NCBI GenBank assembly: GCA_036566425.1
Contig: DATCWI010000086.1
Location: 9,997-73,996, forward strand
DNA length: 64,000 bases
Source of the DNA: Nitrososphaera sp.
GTDB taxonomy: Archaea > Thermoproteota > Nitrososphaeria > Nitrososphaerales > Nitrososphaeraceae
Reading direction: 5' to 3'
Made by a program: the position numbers and the translations under genes
The notes under the pieces: model-generated
Database searches by the model: none
Seen by the model: only the letters and a program-made list of their open reading frames with translations
Told to the model about the DNA's origin: nothing
Part shown: positions 1 to 9,794 of the stretch, piece after piece
Numbering within the stretch: position 1 is the first letter of the stretch
Layout: every line of letters begins with the position of its first letter

Positions 1-2268
1 AGTTTTTGCAATAGCATTACTGATCCATTTTTGCCATATGGCCTGAGCCATCACATGATCTGTCCAGTGTATATCAATGGCAGTCACAAATATCCGCTGC
101 ATCCACTCAGGAATTTCGGGTAAGCCACGGACAGAACCATAGTTGTTTGCAATTTTAGTCAGTATTTCGTCAGAATATAGGCCGTTTTCTTTCAGCATAC
201 TTTCAAACACCTTGTCAGCATAGAAGAAGCGTCCTACAGTCACGCGTTTTTCATATACGAGTGCAAAGACGGGTTCGACGCCGTTTGCAGTATCTGCGAT
301 CATCGAGAGTGTGCCAGTAGGGGCAATAGTGGAGGTCCAGGAGTTACGTATCCCATGCTTTTTGATCTTTTCAATAAGTGTGTCCCAGTCGTATGTATGC
401 GTCTCTTTTGGCAGCTCGTAGTATCCTGCCACAGGTATCCGGCCTTTGACATAATCGCTGTTTTTAAACAATGGGAATGATCCACGAGATTTCGCAATGG
501 CTACGCTCTCATCCATGCTCAAATAGGACACGGCCTCTGCAAGCTTGTTCATGAATTCATAACCATCTTGGGAATCATACGGGATCTTGAGCAGGAACAA
601 CAGATCAGCAATACCCATGATGCCGAGCCCAATTCTCCTTGTCTCCTTTGTGGCAACTTTGACTTCATCTACAGGATACTTGTTCATGTCAATGACATTG
701 TCTAGGAATCTTGTAGCAAGTCTGATAGCCTGCTCATAGCGCTGCCAGTCAAATTCATATGCACCATCAGCTTTACGTTTGACAAAGTTTGCCAAGTTAA
801 TCGAGCCGAGATTGCAGGATTCATAAGGGTAGAGTGATTGCTCGCCACAGGGATTTGTAGCACGCAGTGGACCACCTCTTGCTCCAATTAGAGGATTGTA
901 TTTATTGATATTATCAAAAAATATCACTCCAGGTTCAGCACTCTTCCACGCGCTCAATGCGATCAGATCTACAAGCTGTTGTGCGTCGATGTACCTCATG
1001 GGTTCTTTCATTCGCGGGCTGCGTAGAGGATACTTATGATTGCCATCCTTGCTGACAAGGGCCTTCCAAAAATCCTCCCAGATACCGACACTTACATTGA
1101 AGTTCTCAAATACTCCAGGCTTTGTCTTAGCCGTCACAAACTTTTCAATGTCTGGATGCCATGCCTCAAGGATACCCATATTCGCTCCGCGGCGCTTGCC
1201 ACCTTGCTTGACGACGTCGGTGATAGTATCAATGATGCGCATGAATGATGTGGGCCCTGATGCAACACCGGATGTCGATGCGACAATATCTCCCTCCGGC
1301 CTCAGGTCAGAGTAGTTGATGCCCACCCCGCCACCGGACTTGAAAATCATAGCTGCGTCGGTAGATGCTTTCATAATTCCTCCCATGTCATCAGGCATGT
1401 CAAGCACAAAGCATGCAGACAGTTGCCCAAGCTTTGCACCAGAGTTCATCAGAGTAGGTGTATTTGGCAGATAATCTCTGGAAACCACCAGGTTGTAGTA
1501 TTCCCTAACTCGCTCTTCATAGTGTGCCATCTTGCCCTCCGCTATCATCCTAAGTAGGTCCTTAAAACTGACTTTCATCTGGCCGTGCTGTGCACAGTAG
1601 ATGTAGTGACGGATTATTGCTTCAAAATGATATTTGTTCAAATAGTAACTGCCAATGTGCAACTTGTTGTCAAAGTCTTCTAGCTTACTGTAGTAGTGAT
1701 CTGCCTCTTCAATGTTCTGAGTATAACCGCCAGCGGGAGTGAATATAGAAGAGTCATGCATAACATCGGCAATTGCAACCAAGGTTGCAACTCTCTCGAA
1801 CATTTGCTTGGGACCTTCAATGATCTCATTGTTGCCGTCTCGCAGCAAATACCGCGCAGCAAGCACCCTTAAGGAATTAAGGTCAAAAGCCTTGTCTATT
1901 TCATCGAGATCCTTCTTGTTTAGAATTTTCATCTTTTCATCGCGCACTTTACGCCTTTCATGCCGGTATAGTATGTAGGCCTTGGCTGTCTCAGATAGTC
2001 CATCTTCAATAAGTATGGATTCTACCATGTCCTGTGCATCTTCTACGCTCGGAATTGTCTTTTCGCTCTGTTGAACCATCTTTTGTACTACCTTTGCACC
2101 TAACCGCTCAGCCAGAGGGTAGTCAGGCTTTCCCGTTGCAACGAGTGCCTTGTATATTGCATTTGAAATCTTGGATTGCTCGAAATGCACTATACGTCCG
2201 TCACGTTTCCGTATCTTTGCGATCAGCGTTTCCTTAGAATTATTATTGAATTCAGTTACTCCTGCCAT
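1..2268 (-). CDS. nrdJ: Adenosylcobalamin-dependent (class II) ribonucleotide reductase with N-terminal ATP-cone; 3' end runs off the window
   Basis: Absent from the ORF track (no stop in the window); translated by hand from ATG at 2268. ATP-cone 'IRKRDGRIVHFEQSKISNAIYKA', then 'PNTPTLMNSG..GQLSACFV', 'SGGGVG', 'QGGKRRGANM', catalytic 'TNPCGEQ..YESCNLGS', 'RRIGLGIMG', 'TIAPTGT'. No intein seen in this part. Confidence 0.95.
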   Translation of the reverse strand, partial: MAGVTEFNNNSKETLIAKIRKRDGRIVHFEQSKISNAIYKALVATGKPDYPLAERLGAKVVQKMVQQSEKTIPSVEDAQDMVESILIEDGLSETAKAYILYRHERRKVRDEKMKILNKKDLDEIDKAFDLNSLRVLAARYLLRDGNNEIIEGPKQMFERVATLVAIADVMHDSSIFTPAGGYTQNIEEADHYYSKLEDFDNKLHIGSYYLNKYHFEAIIRHYIYCAQHGQMKVSFKDLLRMIAEGKMAHYEERVREYYNLVVSRDYLPNTPTLMNSGAKLGQLSACFVLDMPDDMGGIMKASTDAAMIFKSGGGVGINYSDLRPEGDIVASTSGVASGPTSFMRIIDTITDVVKQGGKRRGANMGILEAWHPDIEKFVTAKTKPGVFENFNVSVGIWEDFWKALVSKDGNHKYPLRSPRMKEPMRYIDAQQLVDLIALSAWKSAEPGVIFFDNINKYNPLIGARGGPLRATNPCGEQSLYPYESCNLGSINLANFVKRKADGAYEFDWQRYEQAIRLATRFLDNVIDMNKYPVDEVKVATKETRRIGLGIMGIADLLFLLKIPYDSQDGYEFMNKLAEAVSYLSMDESVAIAKSRGSFPLFKNSDYVKGRIPVAGYYELPKETHTYDWDTLIEKIKKHGIRNSWTSTIAPTGTLSMIADTANGVEPVFALVYEKRVTVGRFFYADKVFESMLKENGLYSDEILTKIANNYGSVRGLPEIPEWMQRIFVTAIDIHWTDHVMAQAIWQKWISNAIAKT

Positions 2269-2511
2269 CCCACCATCCCAATCCGTAGGAGGTTGTGTAT
2301 AATACCATTTATAGAGTAGGTATTTTCATACTGTGACATTTAATACTAAAACACGATTAAGTTTTTAATAAATATGCACTTCACAGTGTAACATAACCCA
2401 TACAAAAATCCTTATACAATATAGTGTACAAAAGTTTTTTGCGCAACGATATGATATCGCTCCATCATAACAAAGAATATTATAGGAGCGAAGCCGACGT
2501 AGGAGCTGCAA

Positions 2512-4596
2512 CTACAAATAGAGAGGTACTTTGTGAGGAGACCTACAGTACTCGCATATAGCTGCATCTCCTTTCGAGCGCTGACCACACGTTGTGCAGA
2601 CAGTAAACCCAATACTGAGCCGAATAAAAGGCAGCTCTTGTATAGCAGAGTCTATCGCACTTTTCATTTCGCCCGGAGACAGGTTTGTCAGGTCAAGTGA
2701 TGCTGCAAAACCTCCATTCAGTAGTCTGTCAATTGCCAGACATTCTTGGATTGAAGCTCCGCCACCATTAAGAATATCTCTGCCATAGAGTGTCATGCCT
2801 TGGGAATAGCTAGTCGTATTCTGCGATTGCAAAAGAGAGATTTTGCCATACTTCTCAGAGTCTAGAGTGGCAAACCTTGCGCCGCTATCATCTGAAACCA
2901 TAGCAATACTCGCCCCCTCCTCTCCTAGAAGTTTGCCTTGTCCAGCGGTCACATCGGCAGTAGTCTTTAACACTTTCTGAAGCACCTCACCAGAGGATTC
3001 ACCCAGTATGTTGTAGACGGACTCTCTAGTTCCCGTAAGGTTGACTGCGATACTAGCTGTGCTCATCTGCATCAACTGGCTTGCACTTGCAAATGCAGGC
3101 AGCATCCCCCTTTTGACATAGTCAACAATTATTTTCTTTCTGAGCGACAGTGCAGAAAGCGATGGTTTTATCATGAGCGCAAGCTTGGCACGGAAGTATG
3201 TTTCGTCCCTGTTCGATTCATATGCAAGCCTTGGCAAGTTTATCGAAAGCAAATGGAACGATATTGCGGATGTAGCTTTGACATCTGCCTTTTTGATGCC
3301 ACTGCTTGCCCGTACCTTATTGTTGTTGCAAATCGAAATCATGCCTCCACTTCGTACTGCTGCTGTGATGTGGTCAAGGTTGTCCTTCATTCTGCCGGTC
3401 AGCGCAAGGCCAAGTCGCGGTATTGGGGTATTATTGATATACCTCCTATAGCCGTCTAAGAGCGCATTAAGATGATAGTCATCGAGGCTATCAGTGGAAA
3501 CTACAAGAGTGGTAACAGGCAGGCCAGCAGAATACGAAGGTGCACCAGACGAAGCTAAAAGCGTCCTTGCAAATCTAGAGGCAATGTCCTCTGGATCATT
3601 GAGGTTGTTAATTAGCGCCGACACATAACCTTCTAGCACAACTTCGGTTGAGGCTTCTCTTGAAAAGAGAGAGACCAATGCGGGCAGGGTCGTGACGGCA
3701 TCATCAGAACTCTTAATTGGAGGAATCCTAGCCATATTCAAGAATTTTCCTTTTAGATCCAAGCCTTCTTCTAACTCAGACAAGTCAATGAATACAGTAT
3801 CAGGCAATAAGCCCCAGACAGAGGTATTAGAAATATTGATCTCTCCTGCAAGATGCATATCTGCAATGTCCTTTGGCAGCATGTTGAACAGCAAGTATTC
3901 GGAAAAGACCGACCCAGCAGCTCTGGTTATGACACTTTCTATTCCATTTCGAGATGGTTCCTCTTGAGAGAGTATCTGAGCAATGTCGGAGGAGGGGAGA
4001 CCCAATCGTGCTAGCTTGTTTCTATATTCCTCGTGTCCGTGCTCTATGAGAATAGAATTGACGGTCTCACGTATGAGCGAGGATGTGAGATAGGTTGTTT
4101 GGAACCGGTAGATCTTGTTCTCTACTTCTTCAGTGATCTTGTGGGCCTGCTCAAGTGGTAGATTAGCTTCTCTTACAAGAGATTGGATTATCTTGTGGGA
4201 ATTGAATTCCTCAATAGTCTGCTTGTTTGTCCTCACATACATCTTTCCGCTCTCTATAATTGAGCGCTCCTCAATTTGACGGGCAAGGCTCAGCACCAAT
4301 TTACCAAGGTTCGTGATCGTATACCGACGCTCCGTCTTGTTGAGGGCAACCAATAACTGGCGAAGTAATTTCCGAAGGTGATAGGCAAACTTGCCTGATT
4401 CTTTCTTTGATTTAAAGCCCGCAAGAGCCTTTAGTTCCGAGTATGTTAAAGGGCCCTTTGCATTCAAAATTCGCAGAATGTCAATTCTGTTGGGGCTAGC
4501 CATAACAGAGAAAATCATCCTTACGCGCTTTGATGCGGATTCTAAAAGTCCACCTTTCTTAGAATCTTTTTGATAATCAAAACTTGCTTGTTCCAT
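2512..4596 (-). CDS. ArsR-type wHTH + ATP-cone + class III RNR (NrdD)-like fold fusion; catalytic residues apparently absent
   Basis: N-terminal 'FSVMASPNRIDILRIL..GPLTYSEL..FAYHLRKL' (ArsR HTH). 'MYVRTNKQTIEEFNSHKIIQSLVREA..TSSLIRETVNSIL' (ATP-cone). 'LPKDIADMHLAGEINI' and 'SINLPRLAYES' (NrdD-like). C-terminal CxxC..CxxC ribbon with no following RxxGY glycyl-radical loop. Confidence 0.8.
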   Translation of the reverse strand: MEQASFDYQKDSKKGGLLESASKRVRMIFSVMASPNRIDILRILNAKGPLTYSELKALAGFKSKKESGKFAYHLRKLLRQLLVALNKTERRYTITNLGKLVLSLARQIEERSIIESGKMYVRTNKQTIEEFNSHKIIQSLVREANLPLEQAHKITEEVENKIYRFQTTYLTSSLIRETVNSILIEHGHEEYRNKLARLGLPSSDIAQILSQEEPSRNGIESVITRAAGSVFSEYLLFNMLPKDIADMHLAGEINISNTSVWGLLPDTVFIDLSELEEGLDLKGKFLNMARIPPIKSSDDAVTTLPALVSLFSREASTEVVLEGYVSALINNLNDPEDIASRFARTLLASSGAPSYSAGLPVTTLVVSTDSLDDYHLNALLDGYRRYINNTPIPRLGLALTGRMKDNLDHITAAVRSGGMISICNNNKVRASSGIKKADVKATSAISFHLLSINLPRLAYESNRDETYFRAKLALMIKPSLSALSLRKKIIVDYVKRGMLPAFASASQLMQMSTASIAVNLTGTRESVYNILGESSGEVLQKVLKTTADVTAGQGKLLGEEGASIAMVSDDSGARFATLDSEKYGKISLLQSQNTTSYSQGMTLYGRDILNGGGASIQECLAIDRLLNGGFAASLDLTNLSPGEMKSAIDSAIQELPFIRLSIGFTVCTTCGQRSKGDAAICEYCRSPHKVPLYL

Positions 4597-4630
4597 TACG
4601 CCTCATATCTAGATAAATGATTAAAACTAC

Positions 4631-4652
4631 TTTGTAAAAAATATTTTACAAA
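4631..4652. promoter_or_regulatory. Perfect 9-bp inverted repeat TTTGTAAAA-N4-TTTTACAAA upstream of the HTH-ATP-cone gene; candidate operator
   Basis: Seen directly, 35-56 bp upstream of the ATG at 4596. Function is inferred. Confidence 0.4.
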
Positions 4653-4706
4653 TTGCATGATCCACTCTATGTTGGTTACTCGGCTTTTATTGGTTGCGCA
4701 GTCTAT

Positions 4707-5354
4707 CTAGCTTTCGACAAGTACTTGAGTTGTTTCAGGAGGTGTTGCCTCTCGCTTCGGAGAAGGAATGTTAGTTGGGACCTCAGGGAGTCTCGCTTTT
4801 GCCTCATCCTCAAGTGTGCCTTCGATCTCATGAAGTATTGAAAGTGCCTCTGTGTCCATCGGAGTAGAGATCCTAGCGTCTGCTTTGATATTTGCATGGA
4901 GGAGCACATCTGAGGTGACCGTCGAGATTTCGGAGAGTACTTCATTAGCAGAAGGAATAGCTCTATTCAGATCTGTCTGAATACTCTTTATCATCTCAAT
5001 TGTTGGTTCTATAGTATCAAGTATTGCAGCAAATTCGTTGATCGTACTGAAGCGTATTACTACTGCCTCAAGTGCTAGGCCGGTATGTTGTGTGTTTCTA
5101 CGGAGGCGCCGCACATTGATCAATTCAGTTGCAAGGATCTTTGCTCGGGTATTATTGCCTGCCTTGATACTGGCAGCTATCTGCTCTAGAAAAGATGTTT
5201 CCATTGATGCAAATTTTCCATCGAGCAACTTGAGACGCCCAAGCTGGTTATATACTACGCCTGTGGCGTGTGTGATCTGGCTCATGAACTGCTGGCGCTT
5301 CTCTCCTCCAGTCATCTTACTGCTATAGGCTAGAGTAAACCAAGAAAAATCCAC
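4707..5354 (-). CDS. cdvB: ESCRT-III / Snf7-family CdvB paralog
   Basis: Snf7-like helical hairpin ('RAKILATELINVRRL..ALEAVVIRFSTINEF'); C-terminal 'RLPEVP' fits the MIM2 motif. Confidence 0.8.
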   Translation of the reverse strand: MDFSWFTLAYSSKMTGGEKRQQFMSQITHATGVVYNQLGRLKLLDGKFASMETSFLEQIAASIKAGNNTRAKILATELINVRRLRRNTQHTGLALEAVVIRFSTINEFAAILDTIEPTIEMIKSIQTDLNRAIPSANEVLSEISTVTSDVLLHANIKADARISTPMDTEALSILHEIEGTLEDEAKARLPEVPTNIPSPKREATPPETTQVLVES

Positions 5355-5730
5355 ACGTCGAAGACAGTATACTAAAAACTATCATAAATCTAAGCTACAA
5401 AAAAGATGGTAATTACAATAGCAAGGCACACAAGAATCAAGATACATGCTAGAGATGAGGGACATAGATGACCTTGATGCAAAGATATTAGACGGGATCT
5501 TGGAGCCCCCATATGGGCTCAAGTTAAACCATACTATAAATGCGTTGTATTGGCGATCAACTTTTCAACTATGGAGTAATTCATTGTAAGGTTAGAAGGG
5601 TTTGTACGATATATGCTCATTAGTGCATATATGCCTATACGAAGCACATAGACAAAATGGTATAAGATATACGGTTAGAAGTGTAAGAAAAGATATAGGG
5701 ACCACAGATCCTAGGCAATAGAAATAACAA

Positions 5731-6123
5731 CTATTTCTGAAGCAGGAGACCATGCTTGGGATCGTAGCCAACAATCCTTACTTTGGTGCCTATAGGCAGG
5801 TCGGCAGGCGTTTTGATGCCAGGGAGAAATCCTGATGCTCTCAGGGGCGCATTATCTACCTGGAATACCACCCATGCGTACGAGCCAGCATCCTCAAAAC
5901 CTTCAGGCACAACTGCTTGGATAGTGTATGTCACAACAACACCGCTGCCTTCAAGATCAACTTGCTCAAATTTGTTCCCGGAGCATTTCTCACAAAAGAG
6001 CACCGTCCCTAACATCAAGTGGCTGCACTTTACACATTTTTGGGCCAGGATCTTTTTCCTGTTTGCAGCCTCGATGAACCTTTCTACGGTACTTTTAGGA
6101 GTTGATAATTTCTCCTCTATCAT
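5731..6123 (-). CDS. DUF35-family Zn-ribbon/OB-fold protein (thiolase partner)
   Basis: 'KCVKC..FCEKC' then 'GSGVVVTYT' OB fold; overlaps the thiolase stop codon. Confidence 0.9.
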   Translation of the reverse strand: MIEEKLSTPKSTVERFIEAANRKKILAQKCVKCSHLMLGTVLFCEKCSGNKFEQVDLEGSGVVVTYTIQAVVPEGFEDAGSYAWVVFQVDNAPLRASGFLPGIKTPADLPIGTKVRIVGYDPKHGLLLQK

Positions 6124-7289
6124 TTTCTATCCACTTTTTTGAATATATGAACTGCGGCACTAGCACCAGTAGCCCCAAAGTTGTGAGTGAGTGCAACCTC
6201 AGCATTTGGAACTGTACGCTCGCCGGCTTTGCCAGTGAACTGCTCAAAAACTTCGACTACCTGCCCAACACCCGTCGCACCGATTGGGTGTCCTTTTGAT
6301 TTCAAACCACCCGATGGATTTACGGGGATCTCGCCGTTAAGGCGTGTTGCTCCATCCCTTACTGCATGTGCAGCCTTGCCTTTTGGGTAGAACCCAAGAT
6401 CTTCAATGTCAATTATCTCTGCGATTGTAAAGCAATCATGCACTTCGGCAAAATCAATATCCTTTGGACTAACTCCGGCCATCTTGTAGGCCTGTCTTGC
6501 GGCAGCAACTGTACTTGGAATGGTCGTGATATCTTCGCGACCTTGAACAGCTGCTGGTGAAGCGCCTCTGCCGGATCCAATTATTTCGATGTATGGTCTG
6601 CCGCTCTTTTTCGCAAACTCTTCACTACACAGAATAGCCCCAGATGCACCATCAGAGAACGGGCAGCAGTCAAGCAGCTTCAGCGGCGAAGCCACTACCG
6701 GTGACTTTAGCACATCATCAACGGTTATTTTCTTGTGGACATGTGCCTTTGGGTTCATTAACCCATTTTCGTGATTCTTGACAGCAACGTGAGCAAGGTC
6801 TTCTTCAGTTGCCTTGTGGGTAGCCATGTAAGCGCGGGCCATTGATGCAAAAAGCCCAGGAAATGTTGCCCCACTGCCGCCTTCATAGAAAAAGTCAGAG
6901 CAATAAGAGAATAAAGTCGTGCTACGAGCCGTGCCAGTATGCGTCACCTTTTCAACACCAAGTGCAAGGATGCAATCATAGAATCCGGCTGCTATATTAG
7001 CATAAGCTTCTCTAAACATCACGGAGCCCGAGCCGCACGCCGATTCAATTGTAAGTCCAGGAACATGAGAAATTCCAAGGTTACTCATGATGACAGGCGC
7101 CATGTGAACCTGCTTGTCTGCAACTCCGAAAACATTTGAAATGTATCCAGCTTGGATCTCTTTGGGAGTAATTCCGGCGGACTCAATGGCGCCTTTGGCC
7201 GCATTTAGCGCAATCTCTATAATACTTTCGTTTAATTTTCCGTATTTCGTGCTGCCTGCACCGAGAAGGCATACTTTATTGGTTGTCAT
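6120..7289 (-). CDS. Acetyl-CoA C-acetyltransferase (thiolase), archaeal type
   Basis: 'ESACGSG', 'EVHDCFT', 'NPSGGLKSKGHPIGATG' motifs. Confidence 0.93.
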   Translation of the reverse strand: MTTNKVCLLGAGSTKYGKLNESIIEIALNAAKGAIESAGITPKEIQAGYISNVFGVADKQVHMAPVIMSNLGISHVPGLTIESACGSGSVMFREAYANIAAGFYDCILALGVEKVTHTGTARSTTLFSYCSDFFYEGGSGATFPGLFASMARAYMATHKATEEDLAHVAVKNHENGLMNPKAHVHKKITVDDVLKSPVVASPLKLLDCCPFSDGASGAILCSEEFAKKSGRPYIEIIGSGRGASPAAVQGREDITTIPSTVAAARQAYKMAGVSPKDIDFAEVHDCFTIAEIIDIEDLGFYPKGKAAHAVRDGATRLNGEIPVNPSGGLKSKGHPIGATGVGQVVEVFEQFTGKAGERTVPNAEVALTHNFGATGASAAVHIFKKVDRK

Positions 7290-7655
7290 CTCATAAAAGT
7301 TGCCTTTTTGTATATAAATAGATTAAACACCCTTGATATGTAAGAATCATATTAGTTGTTTACTAAGGAATGGTCTAAACAGATATCTATCTCTATAAAG
7401 AGTCAGCAAAGTACAATCTTAACTAGATGGCCTGCAATACTGAATACACGTATATACATACACACGCTTCAGACATGAATCTATTTCACCTACCGCCTGT
7501 ACACGCTTTTCTTTACATCATAGAATATAGCCACATCCCTCAAGAATGAGAGAGAAGACGCAGAAGTCCATAGCAGATTGGAGTAAGCAGCTCTATTGAA
7601 ATGTAGAAGAAGGATCGAATTAATATGCACAGGTCTACCAAGTTCTCACAAGGTT

Positions 7656-9707
7656 ATGTACACCCTTGTCGTCTGTGAAAAGCCCGCTGCTGCAAGGAGA
7701 ATAGCCCAGGCACTTGGTGAGCCAACTGAGTCCAGGTCGGGTGGCATTTCTATCTTTGAAGTAAAAAATGATCAGTATCATTATAAAATATGTACAGCGC
7801 TTGGACATCTGTATAGTCTGACCGACGTCACTAAGAACAGAAGCGTGTATCCTGTGCTGGACTTAGAGTGGGCGCCGGTTGTTAAGAACCCACAAGTGCT
7901 CAGGGCGATTAAGGTTATTTCAGAACTAGCTAAAGATGCGTCATCTTTTGTGCACGCATGTGACTATGACCAAGAAGGAGAAGTGATAGGGCACAGCATT
8001 CTACAGTATGCTTGTGGTGACAAATATGCTAAAGCATCAAGAGCCAAATTTTCGACGCTAACGGATGAAGAGATAAGAGATTCATTTGCCAATCTGGTCA
8101 AGACAAACTCCGGGCTAGCAGAAGCAGGTAGATCGCGTCACATGCTCGATTTCATTTACGGAGTGAACCTGTCAAGAGCGCTTGTCAGGTCATTTAAGAG
8201 CATTGGCAAATACCGCAATCTCTCAATTGGGAGAGTGCAAGGGCCAACGCTTGCCTTTGCAGCTAACAAAGAGATCGAGATCAGGTTGCACATACCAGAC
8301 CCATATTGGATAATAACTGCACAGTTTGATAAAGATGGACAGATATTTTCTGCACACTATGAAAAACCAAAAGTGGAGAAGCCTACAGAAGCTAAGGCAA
8401 TCATAGATGCCTGTGAAGGTAGAAACGGAACTGTAAACAACATTAGCGACAACAAGTCGATGATACAACCGCCTGTGCCATTCAACATTGGCGACCTCCA
8501 ACGAGAAGCATACAGGGTGTTCAAGCTTGGCCCAAGCCATACACTTACAATAGCGGAAAAATTGTATTTGCAGGCACTCATTTCATACCCGCGCACTTCA
8601 AGCCAAAAACTCCCACCTTCCATAGGGTATCATAAGCTAATTTCTGGTCTTTCAAAGATCAGCAAATACAATCAATTGGTATCGATGCTTCTTATGAAGG
8701 AGAAACTTGTGCCAAATGAAGGTCAAATGACAGACCCAGCACACCCTGCGATCTATCCAACAGGTGTTGCACCACGGCAGAAACTGAGTGGTCTTGAATT
8801 AAAGGTATACGATCTTATCGTGAGGAGATTCCTTGCGGTATTTGGTGATCCAGCAATCAGCCGACGCATAAATATCACGATCGATGTGAGTGGATATATC
8901 TTTGAGGCCGAGGGCATGACACTTACTTACGAAGGTTGGATAGTACTCTACAAACCTTATTCAAGGTTTAATCAGCGCATGCTACCAGAGCTTCGCAAAG
9001 GTGATGTGTTGAAAAATGTAGGCGTGGAAATGGAAGAGAAATTCACTCAGCCACCCTACCGCTACAATCAAGCAAGTATGCTTGCCAAGATGGAACAGGA
9101 AAAAATAGGAACCAAGGCGACAAGGGCAGACATAATATCAACACTATTCAAGAGGAATTACTTGGCAGCAGGCAGAGGAGGAGTAGAGGTAACGGATTTG
9201 GGTTTTGCAGTTATTGATTCTATGAGAGAGTTTGCTCCAGGTATAATTTCCACAAATATGACAAGATTGATGGAAGAGGCGCTTGCAAATGTGGAGCATG
9301 GATCGGCGGATAGCGTTTCTGTAATTGAGCAGGCAGTAGATAGACTGTTAGAGTCACTGTTCTCATTTCTAGAAAAGGAGACGGATATTGGAGCGCAAAT
9401 AAACGGTGCGATATCGGCGGATGTCGCACAGACGGCAACGCTTGGCCCGTGTCCGCTGTGTAAGAAGGGGCAGCTTTGTATAATTCGTTCGCGCACCACG
9501 CAAAAGCGCTTTGTGGGATGCTCGAATTACCGTGGAGGCTGTAAGGCAACTGCACCACTGCCACAAAAGGGCTCAATTAGGACTACGGGCAAAGCATGTC
9601 TAGCGTGCAGCTGGCCGCTAGTGGGAGTTATTTTTGCCAGAGGCACAAAGCAGTGGAGAATTTGCATAAACACTCGTTGCACTTCAAAAAAGCAAAGTGC
9701 CGCATAA
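7656..9707 (+). CDS. topA: DNA topoisomerase IA (TopA/TopoIII type) with C-terminal Zn ribbons
   Basis: 'LVVCEKP', 'GHL', 'ACDYDQEGE', 'SIGRVQGP', catalytic 'ISYPRT', 'HPAIYPT', 'IGTKATR'. ATG at 7656 preferred over the upstream TTG. Confidence 0.95.
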   Translation: MYTLVVCEKPAAARRIAQALGEPTESRSGGISIFEVKNDQYHYKICTALGHLYSLTDVTKNRSVYPVLDLEWAPVVKNPQVLRAIKVISELAKDASSFVHACDYDQEGEVIGHSILQYACGDKYAKASRAKFSTLTDEEIRDSFANLVKTNSGLAEAGRSRHMLDFIYGVNLSRALVRSFKSIGKYRNLSIGRVQGPTLAFAANKEIEIRLHIPDPYWIITAQFDKDGQIFSAHYEKPKVEKPTEAKAIIDACEGRNGTVNNISDNKSMIQPPVPFNIGDLQREAYRVFKLGPSHTLTIAEKLYLQALISYPRTSSQKLPPSIGYHKLISGLSKISKYNQLVSMLLMKEKLVPNEGQMTDPAHPAIYPTGVAPRQKLSGLELKVYDLIVRRFLAVFGDPAISRRINITIDVSGYIFEAEGMTLTYEGWIVLYKPYSRFNQRMLPELRKGDVLKNVGVEMEEKFTQPPYRYNQASMLAKMEQEKIGTKATRADIISTLFKRNYLAAGRGGVEVTDLGFAVIDSMREFAPGIISTNMTRLMEEALANVEHGSADSVSVIEQAVDRLLESLFSFLEKETDIGAQINGAISADVAQTATLGPCPLCKKGQLCIIRSRTTQKRFVGCSNYRGGCKATAPLPQKGSIRTTGKACLACSWPLVGVIFARGTKQWRICINTRCTSKKQSAA

Positions 9708-9794
9708 CATAATGATCCACATTACCCCATTTTACTGATAAGACGAGGTGAGGTCGTTAGTATTTTTGATATAAAAACTACTCGTTTCTACTTT

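Noticed and set aside
2512-4596. Functional anaerobic ribonucleotide reductase
   Set aside because: No glycyl-radical motif, no evident catalytic cysteine and no activase in the window.
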